Shown here: in pieces, positions 14,340-28,100 of the stretch
How positions within the stretch are numbered: the first letter of the stretch is position 1
Layout: the number at the start of each line of letters is the position of its first letter
From: Antedon mediterranea
Lineage: Eukaryota; Animalia; Echinodermata
Direction: 5' to 3'
DNA: 64,000 bases
Assembly (NCBI RefSeq): GCF_964355755.1
Contig: NC_092680.1
Coordinates: 12,471,045-12,535,044, forward strand
Made by a program: the position numbers and the translations under genes
Notes under the pieces: generated by a model
What the model saw: only the letters and a program-made list of their open reading frames with translations
Told to the model about the DNA's origin: nothing
The model's database searches: none

Positions 14340-15445
14340 ATCAATGTCGGGCGTCCAAACGGACCATGGCTATTTCTAGATTTTGAGATGCGATGGGCAT
14401 TCCACTCATTTGCAACCGTGTCCAGTTCATCCTTTAAAAAAAGCCAAATATAATACAGTACAGTAAAAACAAATAGTTTAATGACAGTTTAGACCGTGAA
14501 AAAAAACAATATCGTAAATAAAAGAGGAGTGATTTAATTCTAGGCTAATATTGTTTGCTTTTCAAATTGTTGCGAAAGCCCTAATTATTATTATAATTGT
14601 CGTACTTGGGGACTATAATGCATAGCACACAATGTAATTGCTGTACTGCTTACCTGGATAATTTTCATAAAACAAAATTGTAATAAAGACTTGTCTATAA
14701 GACCTCCATCATATCTACCGTCATTCTTTAGTTGTTTAAAGGCATCCATCCAAAACTGAGTAAAGTGTTTTCTGAGAATGCCTCACCAACTCTCAATTCG
14801 TTGATTAAGCTGACTTGTTCCTTGTATAAAACTGCTGTTCTCATTACAAAGAAATTGTTGCATTGGACCAACAATAGAATTTTCAGTTCCGAAATCTGTT
14901 CTAATAGACTTTGGACAACCCATTTTTTGGCGAACAGAATTTACGTAATAGCCGTCTATAACTGTTGGATTGCTGCTAGTTAAGTAAGCTTCTAGCCATA
15001 TTATGTTTAGATAATCCGTCTATACAGCCATTTTTACAAATGCCGTATGGCTTAAGTTTGTCGTACGAGTCGATATGCCAGATATAGTTTGGGCCAGGTA
15101 CATGATAAATTCTTCTGTGTAGTCGTCGTCTCCTTCTTGCTTCGACACCCTCTGGGAGAAGGTTTAAAATTATTCTGACCGTCTCTTTATCTATGTTTAA
15201 CCCATTGTGTGCAACGAATGTGCATCCACCTGTACCCATGTAGCATCCCTGACGTCTGTAATTGGTTTTCAATGAATAAGTAATTGGTTTTCAATGAGTA
15301 AGTTCGTCAGAATGCCGTTTTCTTCGACTAAGGCACATTTTATCAAAATATCACGATTTTCTGCTAACATTTCAATAATCTCTTGATAATTTAAACTACG
15401 ATTGAAATATATAATCTAATCCAATGGTTTTCAGGACGCATGATG
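14340..15445 (-). pseudogene. Decayed integrase-core (DDE) transposase, IS3EU-like
   Basis: ORF 14976-15272 contains RRRLHRRIYHVPGPNYIWHIDSYDKLKPYGICKNGCIDGLS, the RRxYxxxGPNxxWHxDxxDKL signature of eukaryotic integrase-core transposases. Frameshifted on both sides. Confidence 0.7.
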
Positions 15446-15507
15446 ACCAGATTGCATTAGCTAAAGTAATCCGGGATGGTTGGGATGTCATTAGAAAGGG
15501 CAGAGGT

Positions 15508-15908
15508 CGAATTATTAATTCGAAATAACGAATTACTAATTTGAATTTTCGAATTATTAATTCGAAATTTCGAATTATTAATTCGAAATAACGAATTAAA
15601 AATTTGAATTAACGAATTACTAATTTGAAATTTCGAATTACTAAATTATTAATTCGAAATTTCGAATTATTAATTCGAAATAACGAATTACTAATTCGAA
15701 ATTTCGAAATAATAATTTGAAATAACGAATTACTAATTCGAAATTTCGAATTAATAATTCGAAATTTCGAATTAGTAATTTGAAATAACGAAATAAATAA
15801 TTCGAAATTTCAAATTAATAATTCGAAATTTCAAATTAGTAATTTGAAATTTCGAATTAATAATTCGAAATTCGAAATAACGAATTAATAATTCGTTATT
15901 TCGAATTT
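15508..15908. repeat. Roughly 21-bp TTCGAA-rich tandem array (subterminal repeat of the DDE element)
   Basis: Repeated TTCGAAATAACGAATTACTAA / TTCGAAATTTCGAATTATTAA units. Orientation flips near 15750. Followed by TGGCCCTAATAGGCTTTCGAGGCTTTCGTA ending at 15962. Confidence 0.85.
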
Positions 15909-16137
15909 GTGAAAGCAATATTATTTTTTTGTTGGCCCTAATAGGCTTTCGAGGCTTTCGTAGAAAACACCATCGTTTTGCATAATTGTACATCTCCTGT
16001 TTCATTATCGTCTATCCCTACTAGTCGTGAGAGGCGCCCTATCTCGAGCGGTTTTCTAAATTGCACGCTCCAAAAACTTAGGCCTATTAACTGTACTTCT
16101 TTTCTACTGGTTGATTGTGTTTATTTTCTTCTTTAAC

Positions 16138-19100
16138 ATGTCTGCTGTAGTAAGGAGAATAATAACTGCAGCAAAAGATGCACCTGCAGCTATTGGAGCA
16201 TACAGGTTAGTAGCCTACTGTCTGTAGCCTACTACATTACATGACAGCAGTGGACAAGGACGGGATAAATAGGAGTAGGGCCTAGCCCTACTAGCTAGGG
16301 CCTAGGCTAGGCTTAGGCCTAGAGGTCTAAGCCTAGGGGAGTATGGTCGAAGCGCCAGCGCCAGTTTAATATCGTCATTTGTATGGAACGCCATGTGCGC
16401 TTTAATATTTGATTGTCGTTGTCAAGGCCGCCTATATGGCGAGTTGAGTTACAGCTGTATGATGTATGGACCTATATGGTCAAACCAATAAATATAAGCC
16501 AAATCATGTACTATCGAATCTTTATATTTCTATAATAATTACCGTACTGACGCGGGTATAAGCCCACCCCCCTCGAACATGAAATCACGTCAAGTTTGGG
16601 GGGTGGGCTTATACCCGAGGATCCAAAAATGCAGATCGTCAAAAACAGCACATGTACACTGTGTATTTCCACCATGCGAGCGAGCGCCCTCGCGTGTAAG
16701 ACGTTGCCTCTAAATACACGAGGTGTAGAGTGTCGGAAAATTAAGCTTATAGCCTAGTTCGTGTAATTTATCGTAGAATATCTTATTTTAAACATCAATT
16801 GAACAAGAATTTATCAAGCAGAAAAGCAAGTATACAATGTTCGTTAAATAGAAATGTACCAAAGAAATTTAATAAGCTTGTTTATGGCAGCCGATACCAA
16901 ATAGTGGTTTTCCATTTTGGCGACTTGTATTGTATGTAGCGTCGTGTGTGAAGCGATCTTTGACCGCGATGGAGTGTAAACAAAACAGGACCGCTAGGCC
17001 TCATATGGCCTAGCGTATATTAGCCTAGCTTGGTTATGATCAAAGGTAGGTGTATTCGGTGTATGGACGTCGCCAAATACAAAAATATGTATTACGACAC
17101 ACACTGTAGATCTTCAAATTAATGGGTGGGCTTATACCCGAGTGCCTCATTTTTCATGAAAATTAGTCAAAAGTCGGGGGTGGGCTTATACCCGAGTATG
17201 GGCTTATACCCGCGTCAGTACGGTAAGTTTGCCTGCCGATAAATCAATAATGTATATTTTATTTGTATTTTAATATTAACTAACTAAATATATTTACATA
17301 CTATCGAATCATTAATAGTTTACGTTTGCATCATAATCTACATACAGTACTATTTAATATTTTATTTATTTATTTTTTTATTTATTCGACTTCTCACTAA
17401 TTCAGTTAGTGAAGGATCTGGACCAACAGGTGTGGTAAACACCTCTAAAACGGTCCAGTCCCAATTTATGTCTCATTTACGTACTATTTATTTGTTTATT
17501 TATACGCCGTGGTTAGGATTCCGGCACCGGAACTCAACTGCCCACCGTTAGGGAATCCGACACGCTATTGCGCATGCTCAGAGCTCTGGGAAGTGAATAA
17601 TTATAGCTTGTGCCACACTGCACACCACACTACCACTGCTGAGAGTCGGAGTGTTAGGATTTACTGTAGCCTAGTTAGTCGTTGCGCGAGCGAGAGAGCG
17701 ATGTATTAAACTTGGCCTAGGCCATACATGAATTAATAATTAAAATACGAATACGCCAGGCGCCACGCGTTAAAATAATTATTATGATATTAATAAGAAT
17801 CGGTATATCTATCTACCGTAAGAATCGTAATGCTGTATTTAGCGTTGCGACCCCGTCTTCCCGAACAGTTTTTTCACATCCACGCGGTGGCTGCCGTCAA
17901 TAAATTAACTTGTGATTGCATGTTATGTACAGTTATAATGCGTTATATGAAATCTTTTATTTTGTACTTGAAAAATCATAAAACTAGTCAATTCATGTAA
18001 TTATATAATTCATAATTAGGCCCTATATGAAGTTTATGAATGAAGCAACCACTTTTTAATTACAAAATAAATAGGCCCACTGGTCACGTCTAGCTGGTAG
18101 GCCTAGCCTAGTATTTACTATTAGTGGATCCCGTTATTAGTAGGCATCTACGCTAGTTCGCCGTGGCGGAGCTATGAAATGATCCATCGCTGTTGATAAA
18201 GTATAGAGTCACCGATTACCGGCGCTCTGGGCATGCGCAATAGCGTGTCGGATTCCCCTTCCCGTCGGTTGGCAGTTGAGTTCCGGTGCCGGAATCCTAA
18301 CCACGGCGTTATTCATATCTCTTTTTTTTAAAATACATTGGCAGTGAAGGGAAAAAATAACGTTGAACTGACCCGACGTTTCTTGAGCACTCTCCTATCG
18401 AATCTTCATACAGTATTGCATTAATAATTTACGTACGGTATTGCCGAATATTTATATCTCATTTACATACTATCGAATCTTTATACAGCTCAGTATGGCA
18501 TTAATAATTTACGTACGTTATTGCCGAATCTTTATATCTCATTTTCATCGAATCTTTATACAGTATTGCAATAATAAGTTACGTACGGTATTGCCGAATC
18601 TTCCAGTATTGCATTAATAATTTACGTATGGTATTGCCGAATATTTATATCTCATTTATATACTATCGAATCTTCACAGTAGTGCATTAAATAATAATTT
18701 ACGTACGATATTGCCGAATCTTTATAGGCCTTTCTCATTTACATACTATCGAATCTTTATACAGTATTGCAATAATAATTTACGTACGGTATTGCCGAAT
18801 CTTTATATCTCATTTACATACTATCAAATCTTTATACAGTATTGCATTAATAATTTACGTACGGTATTGCCGAATCTTTATATCTCATATGATTTACATC
18901 GAATCTTTATACAGTATTGCAATAATAATTTACGTACGGTATTGCCGAATCTTTACTGACACATGTTTGATAGACTTAGTTGATTCCCTTAAAACCCAAA
19001 CTTCTTAGGGAAATTTCTCGGGTATGGTGTTGGTCGATTTAAAGAAGGCTTTTGACACTGTAGATCATGACATTTTATGTAATAAGCTTAAATTAATGGG

Positions 19101-22100
19101 TATTGTAGTATCTATTGAATGGTTCAAATCTTACTTATCAATAAGAAAGCAAATAGTAACTATTGATCATTGGCCCTTTAAGCCCAGAGGCTTGTTTCCA
19201 AAGGGGTCCCCAACATAATAAAATAATATTACAATAATTATACAAAAATATGGATCTATTATTATTTTATACAGTATTACAAATTAATTTAATTACATGT
19301 TAGATTTATGCTGAATTCTGATAATCATTATTATTACAAAAATATCTACTATTATTTACAAGAAAAGTCAATCATAATTTTAGGTCTATATAATTTGCAT
19401 ATTTGTTAATAAAAATTTCTTAAGAGTCCTTTTAAAACTATTGTGTGTAAAAATATTTGTTATTTCTATTGGTAATTTGTTCCACAGTGTGATTGCATTA
19501 AAAAAAAAGGTATTACTAACAGTATAGTTATTCATTGGAACAATAAAATTACAATCTTTTCCTCTAGTACCATGGTTATGATTTATCCTATTAAAATTAT
19601 TTAACATAAAGTCTGGACAACTTTTTGTATATATTGTCTGTACGTGTTGTAGTGTCATTTGTTCGGCCCTGGTTTTAACATCTAATAAACCAAGAAAAGT
19701 ATAATCGTCTTTGGTGATATGGTATCTATTATGTTTCCCTAAGATGAATCTAATTACTTTATTTTGTGTTCTTTGAAGTTTAGTACGGGAATCCGCGGTT
19801 GTACCCCAGTACCAGGATGATATAGCATAATTTATTTACTTCCATTATGAGTTTACGGATACAGCGATCAAAGTTACGACAATTCCTATACGCAAATTTA
19901 ATACGACCATTAACTTTCTTAATAATTGTTGAGACAATTAATTCACTATTAAGCCTATTGCTTAGTTCGATACCAAGGTATTTTATAGAGCTATTCAAAG
20001 AAATTGTATAGCCATTGTAAAGGACGCTAAAATTTGTGTAGTTCTTGAGAGACATCCTGGGACCAAACAACATTAGTTCAGTTTTTCCCATGTGAAGTGA
20101 TAAATTATTGTCAATTAACCATTTATTACAATTAGACAGATCCCTAGCAAGATTTTTACTGATGATATCAGGATCATGATGAGCATTGACAATTGCACTA
20201 TCGTCAGCATATTGCATTAACAATGATGAGACGGACATAGGCATATCATTGACGTAGATGAGGAACAGGAGTGGTCCCAGGATGCTCCCTTGTGGCACTC
20301 CACATACAATTTCTGAAGGCTCTGAAACAGCCCCACCAATATTGACTGTTTGATGTCTACATTCCAGATATGATTTAAACCAGCTGACAGATTCGATTCC
20401 AATTTTTCTGAGTTTCTTACAAAGTAAGTCATGACTAACGCAGTCAAAAGCTTTTTGGATGTCAATAAGTAAGATACCAGTAAATTTCCCTTTCGCTGTT
20501 TGAGTTTTAAAGTGGAGCTACACTCAGACTTTCTCAGCTTTTATTATGTTTAAGTATGTTTAATTGAAAGTGATTACATAAAAAAAACAGGGAAAATACG
20601 GAAATATTTTCCAAAAACTCATTTATAAAAAATCGGTCAGAAAATAGTGTTTTTTAACAAATTACAGTTTTTCAGTAACTTAGGGGTTATTAGTTTACAA
20701 TACGTCGCGAAACGCGTTACACTTAGCGACTGACGCGTTTTAGTCGCTGGTCAACGCATTGTGGAAATGTCTCCCCTTTGGTAAATTATGTGTCAAAAAA
20801 TGGGGAATAAATTTTATACACACAATTAATACGATTTGTTTAGGCCTAACTAATATTTCCGATAAGAATGTCAGTATAATTTACATGTAACCTCATGATT
20901 TTCACTGTACAACAACAGCATAATAATCTTATCAGATTGCTTTTAACTTTAAGCTAGGGCTAGGCCTAGTTAAGCCGTCTGCTCAGCCTAGCTAGCCTTG
21001 AATTTTTGTCTAGGGGCCTATGTATTCATAGACATGGTCGTTTCGCCCCATTTATCGTTCCTGGGTTTTCTCGCACATTAAGAATTGTGGAACACAAAAT
21101 CCTATACAGAACAAGAGTAGTAAAGAATAGTAAAGCGATGTGCAAGCTTAGACCTGACTGAAAAGCAACTATTCAGGCACCCTATCATGGCCCATGGGTA
21201 GGCCAAGGTCGGGTGACAGCAAAACAAACTTCACTGCTGTCAGCCTAGCCTAGCTAGAGGCCAAGCCACTGAGCAGCATCGGTATATACCTACACTCTAG
21301 TAGTAGGCCTAGGCCTAGCTTCATTGAATATATAGGAGTGTTGACAAAGTGCGAGGCAGCGAGGCACGCGAGGCAAGCGAGGCATGCCAAATATTTGTGC
21401 GAGGCATCATTTTATCCTTTCCAAAAGTGCGAGGCATGCGAGGCATATAGTTTACAATTTCAAAAAGGTGCGAGGCATATCTTAACGTGCTATTATGCTA
21501 TATTATAGGCCTAATAATCAATCGATACAAGCGTATCTAAATAGATTCGTGTATACACTCATCATGTTGTTTATTTTTATGTAACGATTGTTTTTTCATT
21601 CAAGTCATATCGTGTCAAATTTTACTTTTACAAAAGTGCCCAAACTACGGTTAAAAAATCAAATGACTGCAATGTTTGTTGGCATTTCGAGCGTGTTCAC
21701 TCACATGTCTCTCGAACATAGCAGAGTGAAAATAATATTTTGTCACACCCCTGCGCCTAGATCCGGTAGACCGGAGAGATGGAAAATCCCTCTTTACTAT
21801 TAGCAGGTAGCGGAATGATTCAGCCCTCAGCTCAGAGGATTGTGGTGCATTCCCCTACTATAGCACGTGGTTTCAGCAGCAGCAACGCACAGACTTCTCT
21901 CTGAGCGGCGTGCCAAAGACATTTTTGACATTCCATTCTCTAGGAACAACACGTGTACCTCTCTCGCAAATAAGGTGAACAGCGATTGCCAGGACAAGTT
22001 CAATAACTGGCGGTGAATAAAAGGTAATTGATATGCCGATCCAATAACATGCCGCAAAGAAAAAAATTGCGACAGAATTCTGGAGCGCGTGTGAAAAAAG

Positions 22101-25100
22101 ACTTACGTCCGACAATTGTAATACTAGGCCTAAAATTAAACTTTAGCTAATAATTTTTATTATGCTTAGCCCTAACCTAGATAAGAGGCCTATGTAGAAA
22201 ATAATTTAATCAATTTTGATATAATAATAATTGGTGTAATATTTAATAATGATACACTATTCCTGTTTTAGTAAGCTAAGTATATTACGAACGATTTTTA
22301 TTTATTGTTGTCCATGTACGTACTAATAAACGTGGCGCTAGTTTCCTTCGCTTGTATTTTTACTCCAAATTTGATAACTAACTTTATCGTGTGAATACCA
22401 CACCTTAGAAGTATACCTCATGAGTACTTTAATGAAAGAATCACATAAAAAGTAACAAATAAATCCTTAAATTAATGATTTTACAGGGGTGTTTCTCGCA
22501 CACTGTTCGCGAATTTCACTTATTCAATGTTCAATATATTTGTTTCTATGGAGCGCCAAAAGAGCAACGATAATAGAGGACTAAAACTCAGTGGAATGCG
22601 TCAATTTCTCATGCATTTATTGGTGAAAAACACGTTTTATTTCAATATATTTGTTAATTTGTCAATAAAAATGTTGTAATATGTTACTGCTGATACTGTT
22701 CTGTTTTCTTCAAAGAATAATAATCGATCCTAAATCAACATCACTACCTAGTCTAGACCTAGGACATCCTACTAAGGATATTATGATGAATTTTTCTATT
22801 TTATTCTTTAAAAGGTTAACGAAACCGTGTAGATTATCAACAGTAACATTTTTCCTTACTGACAGTGACAAAATCTATTGAAATTGTACTTGATTTTCAC
22901 CAAATAATGCGTTAAATATAAATGGATTCCACAGAGTTTTTAGCCCTCTAATTAATTTTGCTCTTTTGGCGTTTCATAGAAACCAAAATATTGAACATTG
23001 AGTGTGCGAAATGCGAGAAAAACAACGTCTGTAAAATCACCAATTTAATGGATTAAAGTAGGCCTACTAATTCTAAGCTGTGGTATTCAGGATAAAGTTG
23101 GTTAAAATACAAGGCAGGTGCAAAAGGAAACTAGCCTAGCGGGCCTAGGCCTAGGCTACTTCAATTTCGGTGATTACCTGCCTTGCAATTTTGAGAAATG
23201 ATAAAATGATGCCTCGCATTTTTTGATGATGGTAAAACGATGCCTCGCATACATTTCTGACTTGCCTCGCATGCCTTCCCTGCCTCGCGTGCCTTGCTGC
23301 CTTGCACTTTGTTACTACCCAATATATAGCCACATCTTTCTCAAATCTCGTTAAATTTGACATTTTATTAATAGTCTCATAATCACATTATTACACTGTG
23401 AAACATAATAGGGTCACATTCAGAATGTTTTAATATACTTTTCGCCCGTCAAAAATAACATCGCGACAAAATAACAGATCGCCAGCTGCAGTAGTGTGAT
23501 TGTGAAAAATGTCACGTGATCGTACTCCCTAGCAAAATGAAAAACCCAATTGGACCCGAACGGGGGAAAGTGTCTATTTACGCAAAATTGCGCAATGTAT
23601 ACGTGATAAAAATACCAGAAATAGAAAGATCTGGAAAAATTACATAAAAATACATTTTACATTTTTTTTTTGGTGAAGAAATGAATTTTTTAGGATTATT
23701 CAAATATACCCCCCTTTTGCATGTAAAAGAATAGGAAATTACAAGGTATCCCCCCAAAACGCAAAAAGGCGTGATTTTCAAGAAAATCGTACTCATTGAA
23801 AAAAATTTCAAAAAAATATGAAGTATAAGGGATGATATTTTTAAATAATAGTCGAAATGTATGAAAAATAGTAATTTTCTGGGTGGAGCTCCACTTTAAT
23901 GAAGTCTGTCAAGTGAATTAAACAGTGATCTGTTGAAAAGGACTGTCTGAAACCAGACTGAAAACGATATAAAAGCTTGTTCCTTTCCAAAAACTCATTT
24001 AATTGTGAGTGAACAATCTTTTCTACAATTTTTGACACCACCGACAGTATACTGACAGGCCTATAGTTAGCAGTTTCAAGATTACTTTTTTTCTTGTAAA
24101 TTGGTCGAACACCAGCCAATTTCATCTCATTTGGAAAACATTCCGTTTCAAATGAGAAATTGATAATCCGTGTTATGGGAGTTGCAATAATTTCGGACGC
24201 ATCCCTTAAAAAACGTGCGGGTATGCCATCTAGACCTGTACTTTTATTTACACTGAGACCCAAGATCTCCTTTTTAACTATATCGTTGTTTACAGGTTGC
24301 AAGGAAAATTTGTCAGTACCGTCATAGTATTTTTTTAAATTCTCAGAATTTACATCAAATTCGTATGACCTTTGCGGGAGCTTTCTTACCAGATCTGATG
24401 CTACGTTTGTAAAAAACGAGTTAAAGTGACTGGCAATAATGTTTGGCTCACTACATAGTTTGTCATTTATTTTAAGAGTAATCGAAGCAGTTTCATTTTG
24501 TTTATTTTGATACCCAAGATCTTTTATAACCTTCCATAACTTTTTAGGGTTACAGTATGTCGATTTGTATTGATCTTGTCAATAAAATGAGTCTGCTTTG
24601 CTTCTTTTATATTTCTTTGTACCTGATTTCTAAGTTTACAGTATTCAGTACGATATAATAAATTACGAGTTCTTTTGAATTTTTTAAGATAATTATCCCT
24701 GGCCTTAATAATTTTGAGTATGTCAGGTGTCATCCACGGCTGAGAAGAGTGTCTAATTCTGACTTCTTTTACAGGAGCAACTTTATCCAAAACATTTGTG
24801 AAATTTACACAAAAGGCTTGCCACGAACAATCAACGGTTTCTGCCTTGTGAACATTGTCCCAATCAGTCTCTTGAAGAAGACGTATAAACTTTTCTCTAT
24901 TGTAGTTTTTAGTTGATCTAATCTTCACCTTTTTATGCGTGTGGTGTTTTTGTTGCTGTGTATGACGAGTGGCATATATAGGAAAGTGATCACTGAAGCC
25001 TATAGATAGCACTCCGAATTTGTTTAGTTTGTCCGAAGAGTTGGTGATAATATGATCAAGACAAGATTCGCAGGAATCACAGATGCGTGTGGGTTCGCTC

Positions 25101-28100
25101 ATAATTTGAGACATTCCACTGATGTGCAGAGTCTGTTGGAATTTGATATAGTTGCTATCCTTTTTCAAGCTACACATGTTTGTATCTCCGAAAATGTAGA
25201 TCTCTGAGTTTCTCGGTAGTTGTTCCATAATGTCATCCATTCCATCAATAAATTCACCATGACGTTGTTTTGGTGGCCGATAACAGACTCCAACGATAAT
25301 AGGCCTTGTTCTTGGGAGATGAACTTCAGACCATAGTGCCTCAATGTTGGCATTGTCACAGTCAGACCGCATAGTAATGGCCAGGGTAGACTTGAAGTAC
25401 AGACATACTCCACCACCTGCTCTGGCACGGTCTCTACGATATAGTTGGAAGTCTGGGATGTGTATTTCATTATCGGTAATGGAACTGTCAAGGTGCGTTT
25501 CAGTGACAGCAATGACTGCCACTTTGGTTCCACCAACAAGTGTTCTAAGTTCAGATATTTTGGGTAGTAGAGACCGCGCATTAACATGAAGAAAATGCAT
25601 GCCTTTTCCTTTCAGTACCTCTGCAGGATCAATGATAGAGTCCGAATTACTGCTGGAATCGTTGTTGATTCCACATACTAGTGGATCCAAGTTGAGCAAT
25701 GCATCGTTTTCATTTGTATCCGAAGAGATACTAAAGAATGAATCATTCAGTTTTGGGAGTGCACAAAGATGGCAGCAGCAGTCAGAAGACCTATTTTTGA
25801 AGAATGTTCTAAACCTATGAGGATTAATGTAGACACAACTAGCATGGAAATTCCTAGAACAATTAAAGCATTTAAGCTGTTGTCTGTTTTTTGCAATCTT
25901 TCTTTCACAAACATGACAATGAATCGGAAGTGTATTTCGATTTGTATTGTTATTATGATTCATGTTTGATTCTGGTCCAGGATTAGAGTGGACATCCCCA
26001 CATTCGGTCAAGTCAATATTATAAGTGGAGATTGAATTGTGATCATATTGTACTCTACTTTTTGAGAACTTGCACTTTTTGTAAGGATGTCCCAAGAGTT
26101 TGATGTTACTATGGAGTTGTAAATACCTGGGAATATCAGACACATTATGTTTAGTAACGTGAAAGAGTGCAAACAACCAGAACAACAAGGGGATGGTAAT
26201 TCTGATACTGGTGGTACTGAGCTATTATTGTTTTTTTTTATCATGTATATAAATATATTGTATAATCCGGGTTGTAAAATGAAAACAAACAAATGAAAAT
26301 GTGTGAACTATTTTAAAATGGGATAGATGATAATGATGATCCTGTCAAGTGTATAACAAAATATAAGAAAATTAATGAAAAAAGGAGTAATACAGAATTC
26401 ATATATGTAAAAATGTTACTTATGAACTGTAACGACATTTACAAGTTAAATAATACGATTTTATGTAATATGAGATAATATGAATGTGAATAAAAGTGGT
26501 GTTTGCGCCACAAAAGAGAAAAAAAAAGGGGATGGTAATTCTACGCATCGTGCAAAAAAAAAAAAAAAAAAAAAAACCTACAGGCCTATGCAATACATTC
26601 TATTTTAATGCAATCAGAGAATGGAATAACCTTCCTGACTATATTAAACAAATTTCCAACACATCTAAATTTAAAACTGAATTGAAACAATATTACAAAA
26701 TTAAACATAGATAAATTATTATTGTGCCATTATATCAGATGTTTTGCTTATATGCTTATATATTTATGAACCCCGTCTTATAATGTTTGTTTTGTTAAAA
26801 TTATAATTACTATCTTTTTAGGGACCACATTGGAATTAAGTTGTTTTACTTTAAACGACTTTATGTGTTTTCCCGTGCATCGTCAGACCTCCTTAATCCC
26901 GCCATTTTTATTTGCTTTTTTGATGTATTTTAATATTTAAGGTGATTATATATGTTATTGACGTATTTTTAATGTTATGTATTGAGATGCCAAATAAATG
27001 AAAGAAAGAAAGAGGGGAATACAGATCACTCCGGCCGCGCTTCAATTCGGCCGCACTTCAATCCGGTCGCGATTCATTCCGGCCGCAGATATGGTGCGAT
27101 TTATAGGGCTATAATTACATTATAAACGGCATGGACCTGGATGACGATATATGGGTAGGGTCCAGTGGTATTTTTCTGAAATGACTGGACCCTACTCGCC
27201 CCAACCCATGTATCGTCATCCCGGTCCATGCCGTTTATAACGTAATTATAAATAGCCCTATAAGTATAAATCATACGTTTATATTGCATTTTTTATTTTA
27301 AAAAACATTAAATTGGAGTAACGTTTTAAAATGCCGTAAAATGCCAGCTAGACGGCATGGACCGGGGCAAGTGGTACCTTTCTGTAATGACTGGATCCTA
27401 CTCGCCCCAACCCATGTATCGTCATCCCGGTCCATGCCGTTTATAACGTAATTATAGCCCTATATATCATGCGTTTATAATGCATTTTTTATTTTTAAAA
27501 AACGTTAAATTGTAGTAACTTTTTAAAATGGCGTAAAATGACAGCTAATATATATTTTTTTATATATCTTATAATTATATGTTACGATATATATTTTTTA
27601 TATTCTTGTCTTTTTGATGTTTATTCGTATTTTTATAAGATCTTGTATTTTTGTATTTCATGACTTTTTATATATTTTTAATCGTCATACCGGTCCATGC
27701 TGTTTATAACGTAATTATAGCCCTATAAATCATGCGGTTATATTGCATTTTTTATAATAAAAACTTCAATTGTAGTTACGTTTTAAAATGGCGTAAAATG
27801 ATAGCTAGACGGCATGGACCGGGGCAAGAGGTATTTTTCTGAAATGAATGGACCCTACTCGCCCCAACCCATGTATCGTCATCTCGGTCCGTGCCGTTTA
27901 TAACGTAATTATAGCCCTATAAATCATGCGGTTATATTGCATTTTTTATAATAAAAACTTCAATTGTAGTTACGTTTTAAAATGGCGTAAAATGATAGCT
28001 AGACGGCATGGACCGGGGCAAGAGGTATTTTTCTGAAATGAATGGACCCTACTCGCCCCAACCCATGTATCGTCATCCCGGTCCGTGCCGTTTATAACGT

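Larger units (their letters stand above)
19170..26520 (-). mobile_element. CR1/L2-group LINE (2A-like peptide, PHD, APE endonuclease, RT), interrupted and frameshifted
   Basis: ORF 24524-26188 has GDVHSNPGP, a PHD-like Cys/His cluster and APE motifs (HVNARSL, VTETHL, CYRPP, GDTN, LDH, SDH). RT is in 23841-24302 (KSTGLDGIP, NYRPVSIL, QSGFR). It continues in frame across the 20511-23895 insertion (HLTDFIK/TQTAKGKFTGILLIDIQKAFD), then PQGSILGP and YADD, to a 3' GGGACCCC...GGAAACAAG tail near 19170-19210. Confidence 0.9.

Noticed and set aside
15772-16005. 77-aa ORF and other short ORFs in AT-rich or repeated DNA (e.g. 18711-18959, 57526-57741)
   Set aside because: They derive from tandem repeats or low-complexity sequence and show no protein-like motifs.
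27160-27240. Possible hammerhead ribozyme in the hairpin satellite (CTGAAATGA)
   Set aside because: The core does not match CUGANGA, and I found no correctly placed GAAA/NUH on either strand.
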